DNA of 64,000 nucleotides. Origin: Candidatus Eiseniibacteriota bacterium (GTDB lineage Bacteria > Eisenbacteria > RBG-16-71-46 > CAIMUX01 > VGJL01). The notes below the pieces were generated by a model, which did not search any database, was not told the origin of the DNA, and worked only from the letters and a program-made list of their open reading frames with translations. A program made the translations under genes and the position numbers. Position 1 is the stretch's first letter, and each line of letters begins with the position of its first letter. Location: the NCBI GenBank assembly GCA_963792585.1, contig CAWBWI010000003.1, forward strand, positions 934,299 through 998,298. The letters run 5' to 3'. This document shows positions 45,946 through 56,717 of this stretch, piece after piece.

Positions 45946-48153
45946 CTACCGAATGACGACGACCGAGCGGGTAGCGTCCATCCCCGGCCCGCGCAGCCGC
46001 ACAAAGTAGGTCCCCGCCGCCACGGGTCGGTTCATGCCGTCGCGCCCGTCCCAGGTAAGCGACCGCCGACCGCTTTCCGAGATCTCCCCGTCGCCGAGGG
46101 TGCGGATCCTGCGCCCGGCCACGTCGAGCACCTCGACCGACGATGAGCCTCGAGTCGACTGCTGGAACTCGAGCCGCACCGGGCACCGGGTCGGATTCGG
46201 TTCGATCGTGAACAAGCGGGACGCCGCTTCTTCTCCTGGGACCGAGGCCGTCAAGCGGTGCAGCGGCACGACCTGAATCCCTTCCCTCTCGTCCGCGATG
46301 AAGATGGACTCGGGACCGACATCCATTCCGTAGACCTGACCCGCAGTATCCACCTCGCCGATCAGCTGTGGGTTCGAGGGATCGGGTCCGAGGTCCCATA
46401 GCTGCATGCCGAGATCGAGCCGAGCCGTATAGAGGATCGACCCTATGACGGCGCAATCGAGGGTCACGAAATTCGGATGCACGCTCGCGACCACCGGATG
46501 GTCCGGGTCGGCGACATCCGCGACCCACATGCCGGAATACCCGTCCGCGATGTATGCATACTGCCCGCTGACCGCCACGCCGCCTGCATATCCCCAGGAT
46601 TGGAGGGGTGACGACAAGGTGCCCCGCCCCACGGGATGCGCCGGGTCGCTGACGTCCACGATGGCCAACTCGTGCCAGGAGCCTCCCAGGTAGACGAAGG
46701 GCCAGGCGACGTCCACCCCACGCGCCTCGCCGATCGAGCCCGGGTAGGTCGAGAGGACGACCGGATGGGCCGTGTCCGTCGCATCGACGACGACGAGATT
46801 CACGCTGCCGTTCGCGATGAAGACGTAGTTGCCGGAAACCGCGAGATCGTACTCGTACTCGCCCGGCATCGCCGTGTGTGACAGGTAGTGCGGCTGGTCG
46901 GGGAGCGTGACATCGACAAGGTGAAGCCCGGTGGTCCCGAGGACGTAGGCGAGATTCCCCACGAGCACCAGATCGTACGCGTCTCCGGCCTCCGGAACTT
47001 GCGCGACGATCCCGCCCCCGACCAGGTCGATCACCGAGAGGCCCTCGCCACGATCCGCCACGAGCGCATAGTGATCAACGAGCGCAACATCCTCCGCGAA
47101 GTCCCCGGTCGGGTACCGGTCCAGGATCGGGACCCCTCGCGGATGCGAGACGTCGACGATGTTGAGGCCCCAGATGTCGTCGGCCACATAGGCGATGCCG
47201 TCCTCCACCGCGACATCCGTGACGTCCCAGAAGCCTCCGGCCGTATGTCCGACCACCGTCGGGAGAGCGGGATCGCTCACGTCGATCGTCTCGAGGCTCA
47301 TGTTCGTCCAGAAGCCCGCGGTGCAGGCATACACATACGGATAGGCGGCGTCGATCGCGCGCGCGATCGGATACTGGAGGGAATGAGAGGAAACCTCCGT
47401 AGGGTTCGCGGGGTCGGAAACGTCGTAGATCGCAAGCTGGCTCAGGTTCTGGTTCGCCTGGCGGATCGCATAGAGCATGCCTCCCTCGAAAGTCAGGCCG
47501 CGAATCCCGGATCCGCCGATCCGGGAAATCTGGACGACATGCGTCGGATCGCTCGCATCAAGAATGTACAAGTATGGTGGAGCCGCCAGGAAGACGGTCG
47601 TGCCGGAGACCTCGACCGCAGTTCCGGCGCTCGCCCCGAAGGCGCCCACGGCGGTTCCTTGCCCGATGACGGAGCCGACGTCGATCACCCTCAGGCCACC
47701 GGCATCCGCGACGTAGGCGTACCCGCCCTCCACGGCGACATCATTGGCGTTGCCCGACACCGCCACGCGGTCCGTGATGGTAGGGCTGGCCGGAACGACA
47801 ATGCGGACGATATCGAGACCGCGGGATCCGACGGCGACGTAGGCATAGAAGCCCGAGACCGCGATGGCCGTCGCCTGTTCGGAGAGGGTGACATGTCCAA
47901 CCGTCCAGGGCGCCGTGGGGACGCCGGTGTTGATCACCCAAAACTGGTGGCCGGCCACGAACGCCCGGCCCCCGAGGGTGGCGACGGCAGTCGCTTCATC
48001 GCCTCCATCGTCCACGAAGTGGTTGGCGACGATTCCCTTCAGGAAGTCGCCGTAATCGATCGACTCCGCCCGCGCGATCGAGGGTGGGGTCGCGATCATC
48101 CAGAGCAGAGAGAGGGGGGCGAGGGCGCGCACGAAAGTGCTTCCAACACGCAT
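45946..48153 (-). CDS. LVIVD-repeat beta-propeller protein with FlgD-Ig/T9SS-type C-terminal domain (paralogue of 39694..41925)
   Basis: Signal peptide, then RAESIDY. Repeated ..AYVAD..GGLRVIDV.. and ..IVDVSDPAHPV.. units. C-terminus VEVLDVAGRRIRTL..LTWDGRDGMNRPVAAGTYFVRL. Confidence 0.75.
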   Translation of the reverse strand: MRVGSTFVRALAPLSLLWMIATPPSIARAESIDYGDFLKGIVANHFVDDGGDEATAVATLGGRAFVAGHQFWVINTGVPTAPWTVGHVTLSEQATAIAVSGFYAYVAVGSRGLDIVRIVVPASPTITDRVAVSGNANDVAVEGGYAYVADAGGLRVIDVGSVIGQGTAVGAFGASAGTAVEVSGTTVFLAAPPYLYILDASDPTHVVQISRIGGSGIRGLTFEGGMLYAIRQANQNLSQLAIYDVSDPANPTEVSSHSLQYPIARAIDAAYPYVYACTAGFWTNMSLETIDVSDPALPTVVGHTAGGFWDVTDVAVEDGIAYVADDIWGLNIVDVSHPRGVPILDRYPTGDFAEDVALVDHYALVADRGEGLSVIDLVGGGIVAQVPEAGDAYDLVLVGNLAYVLGTTGLHLVDVTLPDQPHYLSHTAMPGEYEYDLAVSGNYVFIANGSVNLVVVDATDTAHPVVLSTYPGSIGEARGVDVAWPFVYLGGSWHELAIVDVSDPAHPVGRGTLSSPLQSWGYAGGVAVSGQYAYIADGYSGMWVADVADPDHPVVASVHPNFVTLDCAVIGSILYTARLDLGMQLWDLGPDPSNPQLIGEVDTAGQVYGMDVGPESIFIADEREGIQVVPLHRLTASVPGEEAASRLFTIEPNPTRCPVRLEFQQSTRGSSSVEVLDVAGRRIRTLGDGEISESGRRSLTWDGRDGMNRPVAAGTYFVRLRGPGMDATRSVVVIR

Positions 48154-48483
48154 GATTCACCTCCGGAAGCGGTCCGGTTCCATGGAGCTTTGGCGCGCGA
48201 CCAGTCTACCGGCGAACGGATCTCGATACAAGCCGCGGCCACGACCGCAGCCGCCGCGTCCGCCGCGGGTGATGCGTCAGGTTTTGTGTCAGGCGACGAG
48301 AAGGAGCCGGTCTCCAGCGGTCCTGAGCGGATCGCAGGAACGTGTTACCCCAGGTCGCCGTTCGCGACGGTCGAGAGGGTGCGTCTCGCGGGCCGGGTGA
48401 CCAAGGGGCGGATGAACCGATACATCGGCGAGACTCTGCCGATCCGGGGATGCAGAGCGGACCACTCAAGGGCCTCAAACGGG

Positions 48484-50019
48484 CTATGCCGCTCGAACCC
48501 CCTGCGCCTGCCTGCGCACCATCGTGTCGCGAATCACCTCGAGCGTCCGCACGCAAGCGGGCATCCACTCACCGGCGCGCTCCTGGGCGCACACGGTGAC
48601 ATTCGGATACCAGTGCGCCCAGCGCCAGTCCCAGTCGGGGCTGGCGAGAATACAGGTGGGGACGCCCATCGCCGCCGACAGGTTCGGTATCGCGGTCTCC
48701 GTGGAGACGACGAGGTCGAGGTCACGGATCACGCGCGCGGTATCGAGGAAGTCGCTCGCCTCGCGTAGGGGCCGCGGCAGCCCGACCGCCTCAGCTTCCT
48801 CCTCGAGGTGCCCCTTGTGAAGGGAGACCCATTCGACACCGGCGGCCTGCAGCAGGATCGAGAAGGACGACAGGTGCGTGGAGCGCACTGCGTCGAACGC
48901 GAACTTGGGGTTGCCCGCCCAGTTGAGGCCGACACGCAGCGACGCGTCGCGCCCGTTTTCGGCGCCGTCCAGCGGTGACGAATCGGCTGGAGCGGACTCC
49001 GGCAACCGGATCCACGGCGCGCGCGGGATCCGCTCTACGGAATCGACGCCGAGCAACCACGGCAGGCTCATCGTCGCGCACCAGTGTCCGTAGCGAATGC
49101 CCTCGAGCGTGGTGACAACCTCGATTTCGGGGAACACCGCTTCGAGAAGCCGTGCCAGCGGGGGCTGCACGAACGCGACCACGTGCGCGAACCGTTCCCT
49201 CAGCGCGGGCCAGAACCGACACATGAGAAGCGTGTCGCCCATTCCCTGCTCGTGCACGACCAGAAGGGTCTGCTTCGGGTGCGCCTTGCCGGTCCACTCC
49301 GGTTTCGACAACCCGCGGCCGACGCCCAGCAGCGATTTGCGCATCTCCAGGAGCGGCAAGCCTTCGGCAATCGCCCCCTCCAGCATCAGCGCGTAGCCCA
49401 GATTGAAGCGCGCCCGGGGGTCGGATCCGGCGGAGCGAAAAGCTTCCTTCGCCTCCTCCAGCCTGCGCTGTGCCTTGAGCGCGAGTCCCAGGTTCAACCA
49501 AGCCGCGGTGTGGCCCGGTGCGATGCGGAGTGCCGATCGCGACCACTTTTCCGCGGAAGCCCAATCGCCGGCGCGGTGGAGGGCGGAGGCCATGTTCACC
49601 ATGGCGTCCAGGTTCGGCATTTCCATCGTGGCGGCCTCGGAGAAGTAGGCCATCGCCGTCTCGAGATCTCCGCGCTCCATCGCCGCAAGGCCCAAGAGAA
49701 GGACCGGCCGCGCCCGATCGGGACCGCAGCGCTTCGCCAGCATGGCCTCGCGTTCGGCGCCGTCGAGATCCCCTCGTTTCAGGAGCGTCGCCGAGAGGGC
49801 CTCGAGCAGCTCGGGTCGCATGGGCGCGAGACCTACGGCCCGCTCGAACAGCTCGATCGCCTCGTTGACGTGGCCGCCATCGCGCCGCAGGCACCCGAGC
49901 AGGTAGATCAACTCGGCATGGTCGGGATTCATTGACAACAGAGCGCGGGCGTCACGCTCGGCCCTGCGATGATCGCCGGTGCGGTACAGCGACCGCACGG
50001 ATTCAATGGACGGCTTCAT
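48484..50019 (-). CDS. TPR-repeat protein fused to a GT9-like (heptosyltransferase-fold) glycosyltransferase domain
   Basis: N-terminal TPR-like helices (AELIYLLGCLRRDGGHVNEAIELFERAV..). C-terminal LLVVHEQGMGDTLLMCRFWPAL resembles the GT9 G.GD motif. Start uncertain (50019, 50028 or 50046). Confidence 0.65.
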   Translation of the reverse strand: MKPSIESVRSLYRTGDHRRAERDARALLSMNPDHAELIYLLGCLRRDGGHVNEAIELFERAVGLAPMRPELLEALSATLLKRGDLDGAEREAMLAKRCGPDRARPVLLLGLAAMERGDLETAMAYFSEAATMEMPNLDAMVNMASALHRAGDWASAEKWSRSALRIAPGHTAAWLNLGLALKAQRRLEEAKEAFRSAGSDPRARFNLGYALMLEGAIAEGLPLLEMRKSLLGVGRGLSKPEWTGKAHPKQTLLVVHEQGMGDTLLMCRFWPALRERFAHVVAFVQPPLARLLEAVFPEIEVVTTLEGIRYGHWCATMSLPWLLGVDSVERIPRAPWIRLPESAPADSSPLDGAENGRDASLRVGLNWAGNPKFAFDAVRSTHLSSFSILLQAAGVEWVSLHKGHLEEEAEAVGLPRPLREASDFLDTARVIRDLDLVVSTETAIPNLSAAMGVPTCILASPDWDWRWAHWYPNVTVCAQERAGEWMPACVRTLEVIRDTMVRRQAQGVRAA

Positions 50020-50812
50020 GCAACCCATCCTGGAGTTCGAGAACACGGAGATAGCAGTCGAGCCGGTTGCGTTCGAGCCGGGCGAGCAACGGGTTCAAGT
50101 GGTACGGCCCCAGCAAACCAGCGAGTTCCTTGGACCATGGCGCGTCCCGTTCGAATAGGACACCCAGACCGAAGACCGCCGGGATGTGCGCCCACAGGAG
50201 CCGCTCCTCCTTGCCGATGACGAAGTCCTCGATCGCGGTCAGCACCCCGTTCTTTGGTCCGCCTTCGCGCAGCGCGCACGCCCACCGGCCTTCGCCGCGA
50301 AATCCACCCAAGACGGCCTCCGGCACATCCAGGGTGACGCCACGGTCGAAGGCGTGGGGGTGCCGGAAGCTCGGCGGGATCCGGTCCGGGGCGTAGTAGA
50401 GATCGCGTCGTCCCCAGGGCCAGCCCACGTCGTGATAGAAGACCAGGAAATCGCCATCCTTCTCCCGGACCCGCTCCCAAATGGCCTGCGATTCGTGGTA
50501 GACGGTCCACCAGTTATGGTCCCCGTCGATGATCCAGGCGTCGGCGTTCAGCGACGAGATCGAGGCGATGGAGGTGTCGCGCACCAGGCGCGCGTGGCTT
50601 GCCGAGGCGAAGAGGGCCTCCACGTCCGGGTCCGGCGATGGATCGATGCTGACGAAGCTTCCGCCGGTTTGCTGCGTGTGGTCGAGCAACAGTCGCGTCA
50701 TCGTCCCCGCCTCCGCGCCGACCTCGACAACATGGCGCGCCCCGGCGATGGACAAGGCGGGGAGAATCAGATCGGAGAACTCCGCCATCGAGTGAATGAG
50801 CAGGTTCGACAT
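50003..50812 (-). CDS. putative class I SAM-dependent methyltransferase
   Basis: HVVEVGAEAGTMTRLL glycine-rich motif and IIDGDH. Only the last 269 codons of track ORF 50003..51490 belong to it. The start lies 1 nt after the upstream stop. Confidence 0.55.
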   Translation of the reverse strand: MSNLLIHSMAEFSDLILPALSIAGARHVVEVGAEAGTMTRLLLDHTQQTGGSFVSIDPSPDPDVEALFASASHARLVRDTSIASISSLNADAWIIDGDHNWWTVYHESQAIWERVREKDGDFLVFYHDVGWPWGRRDLYYAPDRIPPSFRHPHAFDRGVTLDVPEAVLGGFRGEGRWACALREGGPKNGVLTAIEDFVIGKEERLLWAHIPAVFGLGVLFERDAPWSKELAGLLGPYHLNPLLARLERNRLDCYLRVLELQDGLHEAVH

Positions 50813-50813
50813 T

Positions 50814-53294
50814 TCAAGCTCCCGGGAGAAGGCCAAAGAAGACATCCGCGTCCACGGCGCCGCGAAAATCGGCGGGATGCCGGGCGGGGATCGTGATCCG
50901 GTGCGGGTCGCCCTCGACAAGCCACAGGAGTCCGTACAGGTGGCGGAAGCCGTGCATCTCGAGATCTGCGGGCTCGAGAGTGTCGACCGCGACCTCGCCC
51001 GACGCCGAGCGCCAGTGCAGCCTGATGCCTGCGAGCCGCAGGGCTTCGCCGACCGTGCCGATGCTGATCGCAAAGCCTCCCGGCGGGCGGTCGTCAACGG
51101 TGAGGGTGAAACGCTGCCAGCGCCTGCCGCGATGGTTGAGCGTGTACGAGACGGTGCTGGACTGGCGCCGTGTGAATCCGGCGCCCGAGTCCCACCAGAA
51201 CGTCGCCTCGCGCGGAGCTTCGGCAGCCTCGAAGATTTCCGGCGGCACGGTGCGCATGTATATGTGCGCAACGGCGTCCCCCAGCCCTTGCGACATCGAG
51301 GCGGCGAGCCCGAACGGCCAGTATATCCGGGTGTGCGGCAGACTCGCGAGCTGGTGGGCGGAGATATGTTCCCGCTCCCACTCGTGCATTCCGACGGAGG
51401 TAAGGAGCGTTCGAACTTCTTCCGAGCCGAAGTTCTCGTCGTGACTCCAGGCGCCGAAGAGCTCCAGCTCGATCGGTAGCGGCTGCGCAACGGCGTTCAT
51501 CGCGATCGATCGGTAGAGCGTGTGGAGCGACTCCACGTCCGAGATGCCGTGCGCGGCCCGGTGCGCCGCCCAACCGCGCGCCCAGTTCAGCAACCCGCGC
51601 TGCACATCGGCGATTGCCAGCCGCTGAGCAGACGCGACGTGCAGGGCGTCCAGCACCGGAGTGCCGTCCTCCGCGTGACCGATCGTCGTGCCGCAATCGG
51701 CCATCAGGCTCTGCTCGGCGATCTCGGGCGACCGCACGAACGTGTGCGCCATGCAGGTCGGCTGGCCGTTTTCCGCAAGCCAGCCCTCGAGCACCGTACC
51801 CGTACGCTGGGTCTCGGAAGCCTCGGTCCCGGTGACCAGGTAGAGCCCGTGAAGCGCGAGCCCCTTGCGTTCGCGGGCCAGGATCCGTTGCAGGCAACCT
51901 TGGATGGTGCCCTTGTAGCCCAGGTCGACCACTGCGACCGTTCCGCCGTACTCGGGGCCGAGCAGCGAATCCAGGTGCGCGAGGAGCCGGTTGCGGGTCA
52001 CGCGACTCTCATCGACCACCTTGCGCCGGAGATCGTGATCCCGCGCGATTCGCCTGACGAGGGCCATGCACTCCGCAGGCTGCAAGCGCTCATCCGGGTC
52101 GCCAGGGACATCGTCGACAGTGAGCCCCAGTTGCCGGAGGATGCGACCGCGGAGCTGCGCGGACGGGCGGAGCACGAATGCCCGAAGCTCATCTTCCGAT
52201 CCATCGATGATGGCCGACTTGAGGGTGACGTAGCGTGACACAAAGCACTCATGCGTGATCGGTCCGTCCGAGTGGGTGTCGATGACCTGCTTGAAGACAC
52301 GGCCCTCCCGCATGAGGCAGAGGGCATGCCGGATCTTGAGATCGGCGCAGCGTTCCACCACCCAGTCGCCGAATCCGGCGATCACCGGCCCAAGGACGCC
52401 GGCTCCCCAGCGTTCATGGGGCGACACGTCCTGGAACAGGGCGCGACCGCGCAGCGCGGTGAGGCCCGCATCATCGGCGCGGACAAACTCCTCACGGCGG
52501 CTCAGCGACGCCGGCCATTCTCGCGTGATCAACCGCTCGTATTCCGGAGGGAACTTGCCGAGATGGAACCCCTCGATGCGGGACGCCTTCGGCCCCTCGA
52601 CGTCCGCCTGCTCGTTGTCGCCCACGTGCAACACACGGTTGGGGGGAACCTTGCACTGGGCCAGGAGGATTCGGTGCAGCCCGTGGTACTTGGAGACGCC
52701 GTGCGCGCATGACGGGATCACGAAATCCGCCTCGATACCGGCCAGAAGACGCAATTGCGGCGCCGTGAAGTAGGTGTCGGAGACGAGCGCGACCTTGAGA
52801 CCTCTGGAGCGCGCGTGCTGCGCGAGGGCCGCAACGTCAGGATGCGGCGACACGAGCGCGCGCTCGATCTCGAACTCCAAGGAGGCGCCGGCAGCGGGGC
52901 CGACTCCGCGCAGGTAGCCGGCGGGAAACTGCTCCCAGATCTGCTCGAGCGTAACTTCCATCCCGCGCACTCGCTCGCGCGCACGGATCTCAGCCTGGAT
53001 ACGAACCTGAACGAAACTGGCGCGCGTACTCGAGGGCCAGATCGCGCCACGTTCGATGAGGCTGTCGGCGATCAGGAAGAACGCATCGGTCGGCAGGGCC
53101 ACACGCCGCCAAACCAAGGTATCGAAGACGTCGAGGCTGAGCACGTCATAGGCGCCGGACTCGATGCGCCGGGTGAGTTCGGCAATGCGGGCGTCGGCGA
53201 ACGGCGCGGCCGTAGTCGGTGAAGCCGGCGGGTTCATCGGAGCCGTCACCGTGCAACCAGTGGCCGGAACTGACGTTGGGATGGGGTTGATCAT
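50814..53294 (-). CDS. 826-aa protein with N-terminal HAD-like hydrolase domain (COG5610-like), remainder unknown
   Basis: LSLDVFDTLVWRRV (HAD motif I), LVSDTYF, HVGDNEQADVEG (motif IV-like). Start moved to MINPIPTS at 53294. Confidence 0.6.
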   Translation of the reverse strand: MINPIPTSVPATGCTVTAPMNPPASPTTAAPFADARIAELTRRIESGAYDVLSLDVFDTLVWRRVALPTDAFFLIADSLIERGAIWPSSTRASFVQVRIQAEIRARERVRGMEVTLEQIWEQFPAGYLRGVGPAAGASLEFEIERALVSPHPDVAALAQHARSRGLKVALVSDTYFTAPQLRLLAGIEADFVIPSCAHGVSKYHGLHRILLAQCKVPPNRVLHVGDNEQADVEGPKASRIEGFHLGKFPPEYERLITREWPASLSRREEFVRADDAGLTALRGRALFQDVSPHERWGAGVLGPVIAGFGDWVVERCADLKIRHALCLMREGRVFKQVIDTHSDGPITHECFVSRYVTLKSAIIDGSEDELRAFVLRPSAQLRGRILRQLGLTVDDVPGDPDERLQPAECMALVRRIARDHDLRRKVVDESRVTRNRLLAHLDSLLGPEYGGTVAVVDLGYKGTIQGCLQRILARERKGLALHGLYLVTGTEASETQRTGTVLEGWLAENGQPTCMAHTFVRSPEIAEQSLMADCGTTIGHAEDGTPVLDALHVASAQRLAIADVQRGLLNWARGWAAHRAAHGISDVESLHTLYRSIAMNAVAQPLPIELELFGAWSHDENFGSEEVRTLLTSVGMHEWEREHISAHQLASLPHTRIYWPFGLAASMSQGLGDAVAHIYMRTVPPEIFEAAEAPREATFWWDSGAGFTRRQSSTVSYTLNHRGRRWQRFTLTVDDRPPGGFAISIGTVGEALRLAGIRLHWRSASGEVAVDTLEPADLEMHGFRHLYGLLWLVEGDPHRITIPARHPADFRGAVDADVFFGLLPGA

Positions 53295-53561
53295 GCTGCC
53301 TCGATATCGGCCCGAGGCGGGTCGGAGTTGAGCAAAAATCACCAATTCCGGGTCTGGATCATGGATTTTGCACGATGGGGGAGTTCCACGGGGGGTGTGG
53401 GGCAGGGAGCGCGTGCGGGCGCTCGCCCCCAACCGGCCGCCTTCACATCGGCGGATTCGTGGCTTCGCGCCAACAACTGTCACTGCCGCAACGGAATGCC
53501 GATGAGCCGAGGCTTTGGGCGGTCAACCCGGGGCGTGCGTCACCTTCGAGTCTGTGGCGCC

Positions 53562-54071
53562 CTAGTGCCCGTAGTCCTTCAGATAGTCGATGAACTCCTC
53601 GACCTCGAAGGACTCGATCGGCCGGGACGGCTCGGTGTCCCCGTCCCCTTCGTCGTCGTCCTCGTCCACCGCGTCCCCTTGGGACTCGCGGAACCAGCCG
53701 CGGAGATCGGTCTCGAATTCCCCCGGGCCCTTCAGGAGTTCGTCGAACTTGCCCCACCACTCGAGATCCGCATTGTCGTCGAGGATCTCGTTGATCTCCT
53801 GGCGAAGCTTCTCGGTGAGCGCGACGGGGCGCTTCACGCGGCGGCGGATCTCCTCGAGGCCCACGGTCAGTTTGTCGAGGTCGGGCTCGGAGCCCGCGGC
53901 GTAGACGGCCGGCTCGGCGTCGACGAATGTGTCGAGCAGTTCGTCGGCCGTGCGAAACCAGGTGAAGATCCCGACGACGTCGCTGACGAAGCAGCCGAAG
54001 GGATACTCGCGGGGATCCCGGTCGCTCGCCTCCTCCAGCACCTGCGGGAAACCGAACTCGTTCAGGTCCAT
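53562..54071 (-). CDS. acidic hypothetical protein
   Basis: 169 aa, rich in D/E (..DAVDEDDDEGDGDTEP..). Lies 11 nt downstream of the esterase stop. No recognised motif. Confidence 0.5.
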   Translation of the reverse strand: MDLNEFGFPQVLEEASDRDPREYPFGCFVSDVVGIFTWFRTADELLDTFVDAEPAVYAAGSEPDLDKLTVGLEEIRRRVKRPVALTEKLRQEINEILDDNADLEWWGKFDELLKGPGEFETDLRGWFRESQGDAVDEDDDEGDGDTEPSRPIESFEVEEFIDYLKDYGH

Positions 54072-54082
54072 CGGATCCTCCT

Positions 54083-55087
54083 TCAGCCCGCGATTGCCTG
54101 GGAGATCAGGCCGAGCGAGCGCTCATATCGGTAGGTCACCCGCATGTGACCGTCGTCGAACTCCTCGTGCACGTGCGCGATCCCGAGCGCGCGCAGGCGG
54201 CTGGTGAAGATCCGCGCCCCGATATGGAGATTCCACTCGTCGCGCGTCCCGCAGTCAAGATAGACGAGCCGGAATCGGCGCAGGGCATCGGCCCGCCCCG
54301 CGAGCATCCGGATGGGGTCGTGGGGGAGCCAGCGCTCCCAGATCTCCGGCCGCATTTCACCCGTTTCTTCGTGGAACGGAAGATCGATGCCGAGCGCCGG
54401 GCTCAGGGGATTCGGGGAGTAGCAGGCGGACATCGCCAGGATGTTGAGGACGTCCATGCTCTCGCTCGACTTCTTGGTCTCGCGGTCGAAATGCTCGAGG
54501 AATGCATGCACTCCGCCCCGCTTGCGCAATCCGTTGATCGCCTTCGGGAAATCGGGGAGGTAGCAGTACTCGAAATACATGTCTCCACTATGGCACGCGA
54601 CGGCGCCGAAGAGCTCCGGATGCTTCATCGCGTGGACGATCGCGCCGTAGCCGCCGCTCGACTTGCCCATCACTGCGCGGTGCGCGGGATCGGCAAGCGT
54701 GCGGAAGCGCGCGTCGATCATCGGGACGATCTCGTCGACGAGGTAGTCCTCGTAGCATCCGGTTGCGCTCGAGTTGATGAACTGACTGCCCCCAAGACGG
54801 GTGAAGCAGTCGGGCATGACGAGGATCATCGGCTCCGCCAGACCCTGGGCGCGCAGCCCTTCGAGGCGCTCCGGGAGGCTCGGCGTCCACGGCTCGACGT
54901 TCATGTACATCAGGCCGGTGCCGGTGAATCCCGTCAGGCAGTAGACGACGGGGAATCGCCGGGTGGCGTCGACGTACTCGGGGGGGAGATAGACGTGGAC
55001 GTCACGCACGCAGGGATCGCCGAGCGCGTTGCCCTCGAGGGCCGCGCTCGCATGCGCGACGGCGCGGATCGTTCCCTGGATCGCCAC
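54083..55087 (-). CDS. esterase family alpha/beta hydrolase (putative-esterase/enterochelin-esterase-like)
   Basis: [27 protein letters not shown] and nucleophile elbow GKSSGGYGA. Confidence 0.75.
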   Translation of the reverse strand: MAIQGTIRAVAHASAALEGNALGDPCVRDVHVYLPPEYVDATRRFPVVYCLTGFTGTGLMYMNVEPWTPSLPERLEGLRAQGLAEPMILVMPDCFTRLGGSQFINSSATGCYEDYLVDEIVPMIDARFRTLADPAHRAVMGKSSGGYGAIVHAMKHPELFGAVACHSGDMYFEYCYLPDFPKAINGLRKRGGVHAFLEHFDRETKKSSESMDVLNILAMSACYSPNPLSPALGIDLPFHEETGEMRPEIWERWLPHDPIRMLAGRADALRRFRLVYLDCGTRDEWNLHIGARIFTSRLRALGIAHVHEEFDDGHMRVTYRYERSLGLISQAIAG

Positions 55088-55148
55088 GGTGTCTCCCTTC
55101 CCGCCGGTCCGCGGCGGACTCTTCGGAGGCGGCGCCGGTCCTGGGGCG

Positions 55149-56067
<919 letters not shown>

Positions 56068-56071
<4 letters not shown>

Positions 56072-56547
56072 GGCTTTCCTCCTTCGGCCGTAGATCCGGC
56101 CTCCACCGGGGCGACGAACACCGTCACCCCCTCGATGCGCACCACGCGGACGCTGCGTCCGATCTCCAGCGGCACGTTTCCTTCGGCCGCCGCGCGCCAC
56201 TCTTCGCCTTCCCATTTGACCCGGCCGGCCCGGTCATTGGCGATCGGCTCGCTCACGAGGACCGTACGGCCGATCAAGGCATCCGTATTGCTGGGAAGTC
56301 CCCGACGCTGCAGGCGGGCGCGGATCCGCTTGCGCCCGAGCAGGACATATGCGAGCGAGAGGATCCCTGCCGCCGCGACGCCGACGGCCGGGGAATGCGT
56401 CAGGATGCCGAGAAGACCGCCGACGAGGACCGCGGAACCGATCAGGAGGAAGTCGAAACCGCTCACGGCTCCGAGCAGGACCTCCATGAGTACGAGCGCT
56501 GCACCGACGATGATCAAGATCCAATTGATCGATCGGGTCATGGGCAC
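56068..56547 (-). CDS. NfeD family membrane protein
   Basis: Hydrophobic N-terminal half and a C-terminal OB-like GRVKWEGEEWRAAAE..VRVVRIEGVTVFV. Placed upstream of the stomatin gene, as is usual. Confidence 0.75.
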
Positions 56548-56717
56548 CTCCCCGAGTCCATGCGTTTACCGCATACGGGACTCTAGGGTGGTCCCCCGGG
56601 GAGGTCAAGACGGATGACCCTGTCTGCGGATGGCCCTGTCGATGTGGCGCGGTCGCTTCCGACATGGCAGAATCCGGCGCATGCGGCCGAGCACGGCCGC
56701 GCCGGAAGGAGGCTCCC

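Noticed and set aside
46888-48768. 626-aa ORF on the + strand, and a similar 464-aa ORF at 39550..40944
   Set aside because: Both are antisense shadows of the two LVIVD genes. The repeat periodicity and signal peptides are on the minus strand.
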